Positions 38,613-50,387 are shown, numbered from the stretch's first letter. The stretch is DNA of 62,277 nucleotides from Diadema antillarum (GCF_040938485.1 NW_027271651.1:248001-310277), one strand, 5' to 3'. The notes: generated by a model from the letters alone, not told the origin. Program-made: numbers and translations.

Positions 38613-39001
38613 AGGGATGATGGTACAGTATTGGTGGAACTGAGAATCGGGCTTTTAACTTTTTGTGAGATACCAAGAAAACACTTATGATATAGTACAG
38701 AGCATACCATTTTAAGAGGAATTCAAAGTTTATTTGATGAAAATCGGGTTTGAAATGACTGAAACATCCAAAAACAAAATAAAACAAAGCGGTCGTACGT
38801 AATAAAGTGTGGGTCCCACACTTTATTAGAATCGCTCTTTTTTGGATATCTCAGCCATTTCAAAACCAATTTTCATCAAATAAACATTGAATTCCTCATA
38901 GAATTACATGTTCCTTCATATTTCATAAGAGTTTTCTCAATATCTCACCAAAAAATGTTAGAAACCTGAAATTAGGTCTCAACCAAAACTGTACGATCCC
39001 T
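38613..39001. mobile_element. Kolobok-like foldback MITE with TTAA TSD
   Basis: TTAA(38609-12)-AGGGAT...ATCCCT-TTAA(39002-05). Perfect central palindrome TAATAAAGTGTGGG-T-CCCACACTTTATTA at 38800-38828. Confidence 0.85.
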
Positions 39002-39068
39002 TTAAGGCGTATGGACAAGCTACAAATCATTGAGAATCCCTGTCTTGTCTTTGTTATCTTCTTTGCAG

Positions 39069-40684
39069 TGTTCAGCATATCTCCTCAGACTTCGATTGAG
39101 TCCGGCAGCCCTTCGACCAACAGGAAGTCCATGAAGAGCAAGAAGTCCCTGGCGTCTTCGACATGGTCAAGGAATCCCAGAAAGAGTTCCACTTTGACAG
39201 CATGCAATGGAGCGCCATACACCGAATACTATCCGGACCGAGGCGGCCCCAGCTACGCCGGTCTACAAACTGTAGTTAGCGACTCTGCCCTGGTCGGCAT
39301 GGCTCCATTCAGCATACTATCTGAATATCAGGAACCAGAAGTCGTGTTGCCTAAATCGTCGAATCCTCCACTCTTCGAGAGCTTCGGCTTAACGGCCTCA
39401 AGTTCCTCTCATTCATTCAAGCCTCCGGAATATGCTGAGCCCGAAGAAACAGTCAGAGGAGCTTCAACGCCCGTTTCCTACGATAGTTCTGGCGGTAGCG
39501 GTAAGAGCAAAAGGAATGAATCTTCGCGGGCTAGCGGGGAGATAACGCCAGACTCAGGAGTTGCCAAACACTTCAAACAAAAGTGCGAGGACACTACCAC
39601 GTCACCAACATCATCGATGTGGCGAGGACTGATGAAAGGGAAACAAAAGAAAGGTCCTTCGGCTTCTTGCAAGGTTACCTCTTCAGCCAGTCCCGACGGT
39701 CAAGTGGTGACACCGGGTAAAGAAGGTATTCTCTACCACGAACTTGTGCAAACCCTCAACAAGAAAAAGAAGAAACCTCTCACTGAAACAAACTCCACTC
39801 CGCCGTTAGAAACGGACGCTGAGAACCCTTACGCTGAAGTTGGGGAGGTTTCTTTTGAAAGTAGTTGTGACTTCACCACGGCAACCCGTCCGCGCAGCCA
39901 CAGTCAACCCATGGTGTCAACTTTATCAGGCTATCGGACCTACGAGGAAATTAAGCCATACTCTGTGAACAGCAAGGACAAATCAAAGCATTCCCACGAT
40001 GCAAACACGGCCACACATGAGAACCATCAATACTCTGTTCTCGAGGAATCAAAGGAAACGCCTTCAACACAGTACTTCGTGCTTGAAAATCCCGCCGACG
40101 ATATGGCGGCTCCTCAGTATTTTCAGCTTGAAAAACCTAACAGCTTACCGCTGAACAAGAAAAATACACCCAAGCGCACATTGGACACGGAAAAAATGCT
40201 ATACTCCGACCAGCATATGGACAAGACTGCTACAATCTACAAGAACGATACGTGTGCAGTAAAAGTGCCTGGGAGCAAGAATAAGACCTCCGACCGATGT
40301 ATCGACAGTGACAACGGACTTCCCCGCCAGTTACCCGTGTATTTCCAGTTGGAGCGATCACGTGAGCGAGCCAGCTTAGGATCCACGATCCAGGAATATA
40401 TGAGTTCCTCCGAAAACGTCTTCGCCAACGACGGGAATAGACTTCCAGAAGGGACGCTGACCTACTTTCCTGGTGGCAGGAAGAGGTCGTCGACCTACAG
40501 CCTCGAGGAGCAGGCCTACGACAAGCTGAACCGGAGTGCGAGGAGCAGTCGCAGGAGCAGCGGCAACCAGCTAGGGGCACCTCCTTCTACTGTGGATGGG
40601 GCCTACGCCATGCTCTCTCCCAGCGAGGAAACCAGCGTGCCGGTGAAGGGTGGGTCCCGCAGAAGCAAGAGTTTAAGGAAGTGA
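39069..40684 (+). CDS. Receptor coding exon 7 (long Ser-rich disordered tail with 23 Tyr)
   Basis: Acceptor CTTTGCAG|TG (phase 1) and a 1616-nt open frame to TGA. The spliced CDS totals 2529 nt = 842 aa. The ORF-track start at 39011 lies in the intron. Confidence 0.9.
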
Positions 40685-43600
40685 CGATACAAGCGTTGTG
40701 AATGGAAATAGCTTTAATGCGCATCTAATGCCAATATGTGTGCTGAAAAAATTTATATATAAAGTGCACTGCCTGATCCCTACTATGGCAAGATGAGTGG
40801 TGATGCTGCCCGCGACGTTGTGACCAAGTTCTGCTTCCAACAAATCAATGTGTGATAAGATAGAGGATAGGACAAGGTCATCGTGTTATCATTAGTCACT
40901 ACGTGGAAGCACTGGTTACTCTTCGAACAAGCTGTCAAGGACTCCATTAAACAGAACTGCTTTCGACAGCATTGCATTTTAAGATGAGTGAAAGTATTAA
41001 ATCCTACATAATACACAACATTTCAAATGCGAATAGCTGTTTGCATGCAACATGGTTGTTTCCATGTTAGCTATTTAATTGCACAATTTTTATTGTTGCG
41101 AGTCCTTAAGGAGCCAAAGGTTTCCAGCTTGAGATGACAGAAATAAGACTGTAATAGGCAATGATGCAACTTCCCCTGAACAGAACAACTTTGCTGAAAA
41201 TCTTTGGGTGTAATCATCAGGTTGCAATGGTTGCTACACATCATTATGTATTAAGTTGGCTACTGGTTATTATGCTTTTCAACATGACGCTGGTGCAACA
41301 GACAGATAGATTATACAACGGAAATGCACATGATGGAGATTCCATTTATATTCTTTAGTCTTAATAATGGTACAATATATGTCCCTGTTGACTGTTCTCT
41401 GTATATTGCAATGGGTACCGTATATACTGCTAAAACCACGACAAACAATCCAAATCCGTTGACAATGTCTAAAGCTAATTTGAGCACGCATATGGAAAAA
41501 TTACAGCGATGCGTGCAGGAAATTAGAAAAAAAAATGAAGAAGAACAAAATTAAATAGACATACTGCAGAGTCTTTGTGATTCTTGCCATACCAAGAGAG
41601 AGGAAGCGAGCTTAGGTACATGTATTAATAATTGGCAACCTGCGACACACAATTAGTAAAGCTCAAGTACTGCACTTAAACGAATATCATTCACTTCTGC
41701 GTTTACTAGTACATGTATCATCTATTGCACATTGCATTGAGTGAAGAAAAAGCAGAATTTCATTTAAGTGCTCGATGGAGATGCACCAACCGTCATGTAA
41801 TGTCGTATATGCAAAAGATACTGTGTTTCCTTCTACGCTTCCTTTTGCAGATAAAATTGGCCTACGTTGCCAATATATTAGTGGTGTTGAACGAGTATCT
41901 ATGGATTGTCTCATAACGACCATTAGTGGTTGTGCTCTTCGAAAAAAGGGGACACATACTTTGCGTGAATTTGGTGTCAACACTAGACAAGGACACTCAA
42001 CACGAACTATTACATGCAAAGAAAGCAAAGGAAAACATACATTCCATGTTCTAGGAGACAGGAACAGATATAGTGTATATAACTCTCATTCCTTCTATTG
42101 TCGGTGCGTAAAGGTGCAGTGTGAATTCATATTCTGCTCTTATTTAGTGCTTATCACATTACTGCCATCATACCTTAGATCTATATGTAACAAGCAAATT
42201 GTAAATATATCTTGTGCGCTGCACTTACGGATGAATATTTATCACGATTTCATGAATGGTAGTGTTGATAAAGCTGCACACAGAGCCCGTGACATTAGAT
42301 TACATTGTAGTTGAATATACAGAGTTTATATTACACCGTTTCACACATTTTCTATGGTGCTTGAGAAACCATGCGCATTCGCTGGTACAATATGAATAAT
42401 TATTATATTCTGTACAACGAGGACCACTGCGGAGCAGTCTGGTACAACCTACATGTAGGTGCTAAAACCTGTTTAAGTATGCTTTGCAAATGCACCGTGT
42501 CAATCCAATTTCAAGCCAGACAGACATGGGGGGACTGTGCATTTTTTTTATTTTTTCATTTACTATTTATCTTTTTTACTGATTATTTCAACAATCTCAT
42601 AAAAAAAAACCCCAACATGATATGAAACCAAAGTCGCTCAGACAGCAATACCACTCGTTAGATAAGCAGTCATTAAAGTATGTCGGAATGTGGCAGAATA
42701 TGCCTATAGACCTTGCCAAGGTTAAATACGCAACACAGGCACGGATTGCTGAAACTGAGAAAATAACATCAGGCCTAGAAGCAACCGTGATCATTTCAAG
42801 AAGAAATATGTAAAATAAAACATATTGTTTATGTCAAGTAACCAACACGAGGACTGATATTTCTTTGAAAGCTTTCATTCCAGATCAGAGCTCTTCATCT
42901 GTATGGAATGTAATGGGCAGGTTCAGTTATTGCCTCGGAACTTTTTTTCTGAAGTCATTGTGTGTGTGTGTGTGTGTGTGTAAGCATTCTATTTAGAATA
43001 CTTCCCCCCCCCCCCAAAAAAAAAAAAAAAAATAACAACCAAGCAAACAAACAAACAAGTGAACATGTCCAATATTCAAACAAATCCAACTGTTATGTGT
43101 GTAATACTCGTATTTCAACATATGAGCTGGAGACACTGTATTCTTTTAGAAGCGACAATGCTAAAACACACAAGTCCGAAAAAACGAAGATACTTCTGCA
43201 TGATATCTTTATTTTTCAAAGATTTTCAGACAAGAGTGTTATATTGCGCATGGATTCTTGTCAGTATCTGGGACTGATCGTCGTTCATTTAAGTTACATA
43301 TGCTTGGATTACTCAAGATATAGTATATTTATTTATCATTCAGAAAATGTTAATGCTACAGATATTGTAAGGATCGCTATGTATAATACAATATATATGT
43401 ACTGTTCATTTGCAATATACCGTATGCATGATGTTACCTATGCACCAAATAAAATATGTAATTATGCCAAACTATTAAAGACCTGTTGTTGTCTACTTAT
43501 TTCTTCTGCTGTTTCAAATCAGATATTTAAGGTGGTGTTTCAAAACTGATTGCAACTGATAGACACACATGTCAAACAAAACTTATATATATATATATAT

Positions 43601-43893
43601 ATACACTGTATATATATATATATATGTATACATACATATAATACATAGGATATACCTGTATATACACACTGTATACATATATGTGTGTGTCTGCGTGCAT
43701 GTGTGTGTATGTGTGTGTGTGTGTGTGTTTGTCTTCTTGTGTATATAAACTACATAAACAGTACATAAATTAGTATGTATAAAAATGGGGAGAAGATGGG
43801 AGAATGTTCACACAGATCAGGGAGGGGGTCCACCTCCCTGCACAGATCATTCCCCTTAAACTGCAAAACACGGATCTTACAATAGGCCTACAG

Positions 43894-44328
43894 CAGGGCT
43901 CCACACTAACTTTTATGTTTGGTGGCCCGATGGGGCCACCAAAATCCTCAATTTCAAATTTTTGGTAGCCCCGAAAAAAAAACCCCAATAAAAAACATTA
44001 AAATTTCTGTTTTTTAATGAGTGAAATATCTAAGTTTTATCATAGTAAGAATTGGAAGTTGAACATATCTAGAACCTACTCATAAACAAACATCAACAAA
44101 CTCGCAACACTCACTTTCAGGCACTCATTCAGTCCTTTTCATCTATCCTTTAAACAAATTTAACTGCTAATTTCCGGCAAAAAAAGTTACGAATTAATTG
44201 ACACACATTTCCAAAAATTTTGGTGGCCCGAGGCGGGCCACCAAATTTGCCCTTTTTAAAAATTTGGTGGCCCGACTTTCATTTTTGGTGGCCCCGGGCC
44301 ACCGGTCCACCGTTAGTGTCGAGCCCTG
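43894..44328. mobile_element. hAT-like MITE with 7-bp TSD
   Basis: TIRs CAGGGCTCCACACTAAC / GTTAGTGTCGAGCCCTG, flanked by CCTACAG (43887-93 and 44329-35). Repeated subterminal TGGTGGCCC / GGGCCACCA motifs. Confidence 0.85.
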
Positions 44329-46873
44329 CCTACAGACACCAAATCAGAGCTATAGGTGACACATCATGCTATCAAATAATATTACCCAGCAGTTACTAGC
44401 CCTTTAAATCGGCAAAGGGGATACTGTTTATTTCCTCATGAAGCAATTGCTCGAAGTTGCGACACCCATTGGCAAAACAAGTGGCCATCATGACGTATTA
44501 CTTACATAAACTGATGGTGTCTTCAGGCAGGCGAGATATAGGCCACTGACTGTGGAGGCCTAATAGGCCCTATGTTCGAACATTGTGTGTTAATTCTTTA
44601 GGGAATTACAATAATACAATGTATCTCAAAACCAATCCTCTTGAGTGCATGGTGTTTTGGTAGTAAAGTGCTTGTGTGCCGCGCAATAGCGGTTATTATT
44701 TCTAATTTGTTTTGTTTTGTCTCTGTTCAACTTTTGATACGCAGACACACACAAACAGGAAAACCACGTGGCCCATCCTGGAAAGAAAAAAAAGGAAGTG
44801 ATACGAGGTCAATGAGTCAGAGAGAGAAATGCTTCAATATCTACGCATCAATGTTGATAGAGACTTTCATGTCCACAGCATATGACGTGACGGCCAGCTG
44901 TCAAAAAAGATTGCAAGATGTGAACTGACATCCCATCAAAATATTTCAATTGATTTGATTTATTTACTGGTTCCTGTATTATCATTATACATGCACATAC
45001 ATTGTTGGTGCCATACATATACATAAACGTAAGTTGTTAACAAAATATTTTTTTCTTCATTGCCTTTACACAATGTACAGCAAAACGTATCAGCAGTACA
45101 ATAAATGATACAGTGGGGCTACAGCATAAGCATAACTTGATTTGCCTGCAGCCCCCATACATAATACACATCGGGAAGAAAATGGGTGGGAGGGATGACT
45201 TGCGTAGAGATAGGATAGTAGAAAGTGGAAAGGGAAAGGAGAGGTCTGTCTGCTTTCACTTAAGGTTTACAAAAAGTAAGTTCACCTGGATCACTGATCA
45301 GCAAGGCAAGACAAAATATTTTCTCACCGAGGTACAGGTGAACAGTTAATACAGTTCATGATCGGTTACATGATTACGTAATAGATTAAATGCGTCAACA
45401 TGTCTACGAAAGAATATGGTGATTGAAACGCAATAGAATTTAACTAAATTCAATAACTGTGCAATGACCCAACTTTTTTTTTTTCTTTGGGGGGGGGGGG
45501 GGGGAGTAAAATGTAACAGCACACTTATGGTACTAATCGTAATAATGATAACAAAGATAATGGCAATACAAATAAAGATATATATAATCATAAGAATGAT
45601 ATTGATCATCAATAATGATGACAATGATATGGATAGTCATAAAACCACAATGATCGTTATTACCATTACCACTGTAATCATTGTTATTACAATTATTCAA
45701 CAGTATATGAATAACAATTATTCAACAGTATATGAATAGTGATAATCATAATGGTAGTAATAATGATACTGAAAATAATCAGTCACAATCACTGTCACTC
45801 AATCAAAATCATCTTTCACACTGTTAGTCTGTTTTTCTTAGCAGCCTGGTCAGCAGTCTACATACAGTATGTAGTCATAGCCTTTTTTCAAAGAACCAGG
45901 ATTTCCAGTGGCATGTTATTAACAATCAACACTTATTAATATGGCAACAGCCCCCCCCCCCCCCCCCAACAAAAAAAAAAGGGAAACGAGGGGGAAAACC
46001 TAGATAAGAGTTTTGTAAATCAGACACACTTGGTATTTCCTGAATTGCAGCAGGTAATTCCTTGTTTTGAAAGTACATAACTATTCAGATGTTTGCTGAT
46101 TTAGTATAAAAGAACAGCTTCTGTCTGACATGGATCAAGATATCTTAATAATGCATAATGTCAATTTCATAGAGTGGAGAAACTATATAGGCATGCACAT
46201 CTTATGCAAAACAAATCAAATATATTACATTATATTGCATGCACAGATCATTTTGAGAACTGCCTTTTATGGTCCAACACATCAAAAAAAAGTTTGAAGC
46301 AAGTGATAACTTACCTACATGAGCAAGATAATTACTTTTGAGGAATTTAATCGATGCCACATTAAATGACTAAATCAAGAGCTGTTATTCATTGCCAAAT
46401 TTCACGAGAAACTCCTTAATGTGATATGTGGCATCTTTTCAATTCATTCTCCCTTTCAAAATTGCAAAATAATGGTGTATGGTTCACATTTATTGACAAA
46501 TCAAAGATGTGGCATATACATATACCTAGATATAAACTGTTCCCTGACTTAGCAACCTTTCATTAAAGGAACTGTTTACCACTGGGAGCAGTGATTGAAA
46601 AAAAGAAAGAAAGAAAAGAAATCACATTTGATGCATATGTGTAGGTCAGTTATATCACAAAACATCCTACCATATAAAATTTTGCAATAAAACCTAAAAT
46701 ATACGGAGATAACACTATTTTTCTCACTACACCATAACTGTAGACGGTTTAGTCTGGAAACAATTTTATTACAACCATTGTTCACATTTTGTGTATTTAA
46801 CAGTACTCAACATTGATTATACTGATTAACTTCTTTACTCTGGTTGTTTCTACCCCTAACTCACATTTTAGAA

Positions 46874-46963
46874 CTATTTTGAAGCACTATACAAGCTAGG
46901 ATTTTGTTTCATCTTCGAATGGTTAAACGATGCCTTTAAGAATGAAGAAATCAATCCACTTGT
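46874..46963 (-). CDS. Tentative terminal exon of the TRPM gene
   Basis: Pyrimidine-rich acceptor ...CTGTCAACCAG| in the required phase 0, reading TSGLISSFLKASFNHSKMKQNPSLYSASK*. There is no homology support. Confidence 0.3.
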   Translation of the reverse strand, partial: TSGLISSFLKASFNHSKMKQNPSLYSASK

Positions 46964-47089
46964 CTGGTTGACAGTGAGTTCAGAACAAGATACAATGTGT
47001 GCGACTGCTTCATGTCCAAGGCATAAAGGGTAGCAGCAATTGAGGTTGTTTCATTGCTATGTCAACCACTTTCAGGAGGAGTCACTTAC

Positions 47090-47132
47090 TGGTTCCAGGA
47101 TTTGATCCATTTTTGAGGAAAGCTCCGACACC
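47090..47132 (-). CDS. TRPM: TRPM exon (C-terminal coiled coil)
   Basis: CCATGCAG|G...CCA|GTAAGT. 43 nt, phase 2 to 0: (K)VSELSSKMDQILEP. Confidence 0.7.
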
Positions 47133-47459
47133 CTGCATGGTGGAATAGAGTGTCAAAAAAAAAATATTTCATGCATTAGTTTGGGACCATTTTCAGGTTC
47201 CCTATCTTTCGATTGCACAATGTATGTACAACATGTAGTTCCTCTGCATTATTTTCCAGGAACAATATTTTGTGTTTCTATTGTAGCTAAAAAAAACCAA
47301 AGAAATCATTACTTTCAGTTGCCAAACAGAACAAGGAAGTACGTACCTTTCAAGCATTACTCTGCAGATTTGATATACATTCCAGGGGCAAAAAACAAAC
47401 AAACAAACATACCAACCAGTAGACAAATAGAGACCACAAAACTGTGAGTCATCACTTAC

Positions 47460-47589
47460 TTTGCATAGACCTCCCCGATGCTGATATCCTCTGAATCTTC
47501 CTGTTCTTTTTCACTGAGGTATTTCAGCCAGACCTGCTCTTCAAAGTCCCACAACAGCCTGGACCCCTGAGAAGGCAGAACATAGGCCT
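47460..47589 (-). CDS. TRPM: TRPM exon (post-TRP helix)
   Basis: CCACACAG|AG...AA|GTAAGT. 130 nt, phase 1 to 2: ...SRLLWDFEEQVWLKYLSEKEQED..., resembling the TRPM 'L.DFEE.C...Y..EK' segment. Confidence 0.8.
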
Positions 47590-47822
47590 CTGTGTGGATA
47601 TTGAGTTTGACAACATAAGACAAAATTTGATGATTTATTCAGGTGAAATCTATGAAACTTTCCTTTGCCCAAATCCTAGCACTTAATGACCTGCTTTAGA
47701 AGACCTTCATATGCTGAAAATGGAGCTCATATATTTGTCACTGCTACGGCATTACAGCAGTTTTTGTGAGACTTCTTGATGTGACATGGTCATGGCAATT
47801 ATATAAAACACCATGACTGTTA

Positions 47823-49008
47823 AGCCCAAATTCACGAAGGTGGTACAATTGAAACCATGGTTTAAACCATGGACAAAGATCATAGTTTTTTTAATGGGGC
47901 GCCAAGTGTCACATGGCCTATTTCGTTACGAAATCAGCCATTTCATCGACGAAATTATCATTTCATAATGAAATGACTGATTTCGTAGTGAAATAGGCTA
48001 TGCGACACCTGGCACCCATAAAAAAAATATGGTCTTTGTCCATGGTTTAAACCATGGTTTCAATTGTACAGTGGAAACTCGATATAACGAGATGGTCGGG
48101 ACCGAGCCATTTTCCTCGTTATAGCCGATATCTCGTTATATCAGTAGGCATAAAATAAAGACATTAATTTGCACATGTGGGACTACCAATCATATTTCAA
48201 TCAATACTGATAACTTGATATTGTGTGTGAGGGAATTACTCACCTTTATGGGTAAGAAGATGTTTTTCGCCAAGGAAATCCAATATCAAGAATGTGTTTC
48301 TTATTAATTGTAGATGTTTGAATTTGTAAATTTATATAGCTTGCGATTGTATCAAGATCGTCTGTGGATTGGCATGTGGTTATCGTATGGGTGTGTGTTG
48401 TGTGGAAAGCTTGAATATGGTCTGCACAATGCTGTGTGTGTATGTGACACATTCTGTATGTACATTATGACTGCGTGTGTGTGAAGACGGGGAATTCCCT
48501 AAGTAGAAGGCCAATCACAGCATCAGATTGCCTCACACCTGCTAATCGTCATGATGATGTCATGTATACATATGGCCGTCCCAGCACATTTTCTGCATAT
48601 ATCAGTGTGCGTGCACACACACACTTCACACGTACAACATGCAGTGCTAGCTGGAGTGCACTGAAGAAAATGATTATGTGTATACAAGACAGTTTTTGGC
48701 GCATCAAGCTTTACAATCTCGGAAGATGATAGCACAGGCGAAGTAAAGCTTTACCGAAGGCATTTTGCTTTACCTCGCTCTAGCAGGTTTGATTGACTAT
48801 GTTTTTCTTTGTTTGGAAGTCACAAAATTTATCTCGTTATAGCAGTTATTTCGTTATAGCCGATCTCGCTATAAGAGTAGCATTTTACATAGACTTGTGT
48901 GGAAGGAAATTTGGGACCGAGAAAATTTCCTCGTTATAACCGATATCTCGTTATAGCAGTGTTCGTTATACCGAGTTTCCCCTGTACCACCTTTGTGAAT
49001 TCGGGCCT
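47823..49008. mobile_element. Near-fully palindromic Harbinger-like foldback MITE, interrupted by a Tc1/mariner-pogo-type MITE
   Basis: TA-AGCCCAAATTCACGAAGGTGGTACAATTGAAACCATGG... CCATGGTTTCAATTGTA[insert]CCACCTTTGTGAATTCGGGCCT-TA. Confidence 0.8.
48069..48984. mobile_element. Tc1/mariner(pogo)-like MITE, nested
   Basis: TA-CAGTGGAAACTCGATATAACGA ... TCGTTATACCGAGTTTCCCCTG-TA, with internal CGTTATAGC/ACCGATATCTCGTTATA repeats. Confidence 0.85.
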
Positions 49009-49970
49009 TAGTGTTTCAGTGCAATCACTCAAATAGGATGTGGCTCTGGAGTCCACTTCATTACATTTTCTGTAAAACTTCTAGTGTACACAGGAACTCT
49101 TGCCTCATGAAGCAAACTCACTGACAAGATATAATTATTATGCTTTGGGGGAAACTTGGGCAGAGGTAATCCTACACTTTAAACACATTATGCAGAATTG
49201 AGTTCAAATTACATCAGGGGTATCATATTCAGCTTCCTTCAGTTGAGAATGGATGAGGAGTGAGATGTCATGTGGTTCAGTCGCAAAGAGTTATCTGATG
49301 CCTTTGTGGGAATAACCCAGATGTTTCAGTGGAGGTGCATCTGAAGTTGAAATTGCTATAGGAAAATCTGCTGACTCTGTAGCAATTCTTGGTTCCCATG
49401 CACAGGAAACAAGAAGAAATTTTACTCTATGACGAAAAAACAAAAGGCTTGTTATTTGATATTACGTGATATTAACTTAGAAATCGAGACATGATCTGAA
49501 TTGAATTTCAATCACAATCGGGCAAGATACAGAATATTTGTCTGTGAATCTTTTGCATGTACGATTTTTGGATCTCCACACAACATTTTCTTTGAAAGTG
49601 AATATTCAAATGGTGACTCATAAGTCTACCTGATACATTTGTGGAAAAGGGGAAAATTTGGGGGGTTCTGTACATATCTACACTCAATTGAAAAAAAAAA
49701 ATTAACAATTCCCCTTATCAATTTTCCTCACAAAACGAAACACAATTCATTGTTGCTTTATCATTACAAATGTAAATGAAATGATGAACATAGTGACCGC
49801 TATCATGATTTTCCCAAAACAAGTCAACCATTCAAATCTTACAGCTTTCTTCTTATTTCTTCTTCACTATCAACTGCCATTCCACACATGACAGACCTGT
49901 ATTTGTCTTTTTTTTTTCTTTATAAGCTTCCTGCAACACTTTCCACTAATTAATATGTCAGGAAACTTGC

Positions 49971-50158
49971 CAAAGACAGGGCTCCTTTCAGGAGTTTTCT
50001 TGATGAGCGAAACCAGCCCGATGCAGATGGACCATGGAAGGAGCAGAAGGTTGAGAGGAGGAGGCAGGATGGGGCGCCGAGTGAACTCCATCACCAGGTG
50101 GTACTGCTGCACTTTCCAGTAGAGGCTGCTGTGTTCCTGGACCTGCGTGAATGTATTG
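49971..50158 (-). CDS. TRPM: TRPM exon (TRP box / TRP helix)
   Basis: (S)NTFTQVQEHSSLYWKVQQYHLVMEFTRRPILPPPLNLL, matching the TRPM 'WKFQRY..I.EY..RP.LPPP' signature. Acceptor CTCCCAG|; non-canonical donor TTTG|GCAAGT. Confidence 0.9.
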
Positions 50159-50387
50159 CTGGGAGGAGAAACATTCATCAAGAATATTAGATGGTCTACA
50201 TAACATTTATGTGAATATTGGTCAGTGATTGGTCATAATGCAACTATGTGACTAATGTAGTGAAGGATCAAAATTGTCACACTGTGAGCAGCAAAGTCAT
50301 GTCAGGTAACAGTTATATAATTTGACTGGTGGTTGACGAGGCTCTAACAAAATGATGTGTATCTATAATGTAGGAAACCATGTAATA

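Noticed and set aside
39011-39068. ORF-track N-terminus MDKLQIIENPCLVFVIFFA as a signal or TM segment of a single-exon gene
   Set aside because: It is the intronic pyrimidine tract before the phase-1 acceptor at 39068. The real TM is in exon 5.
41775-42314. 179-aa + strand ORF downstream of the receptor
   Set aside because: AT-rich, no recognisable motif, no convincing splice sites; probably 3'UTR or intergenic.
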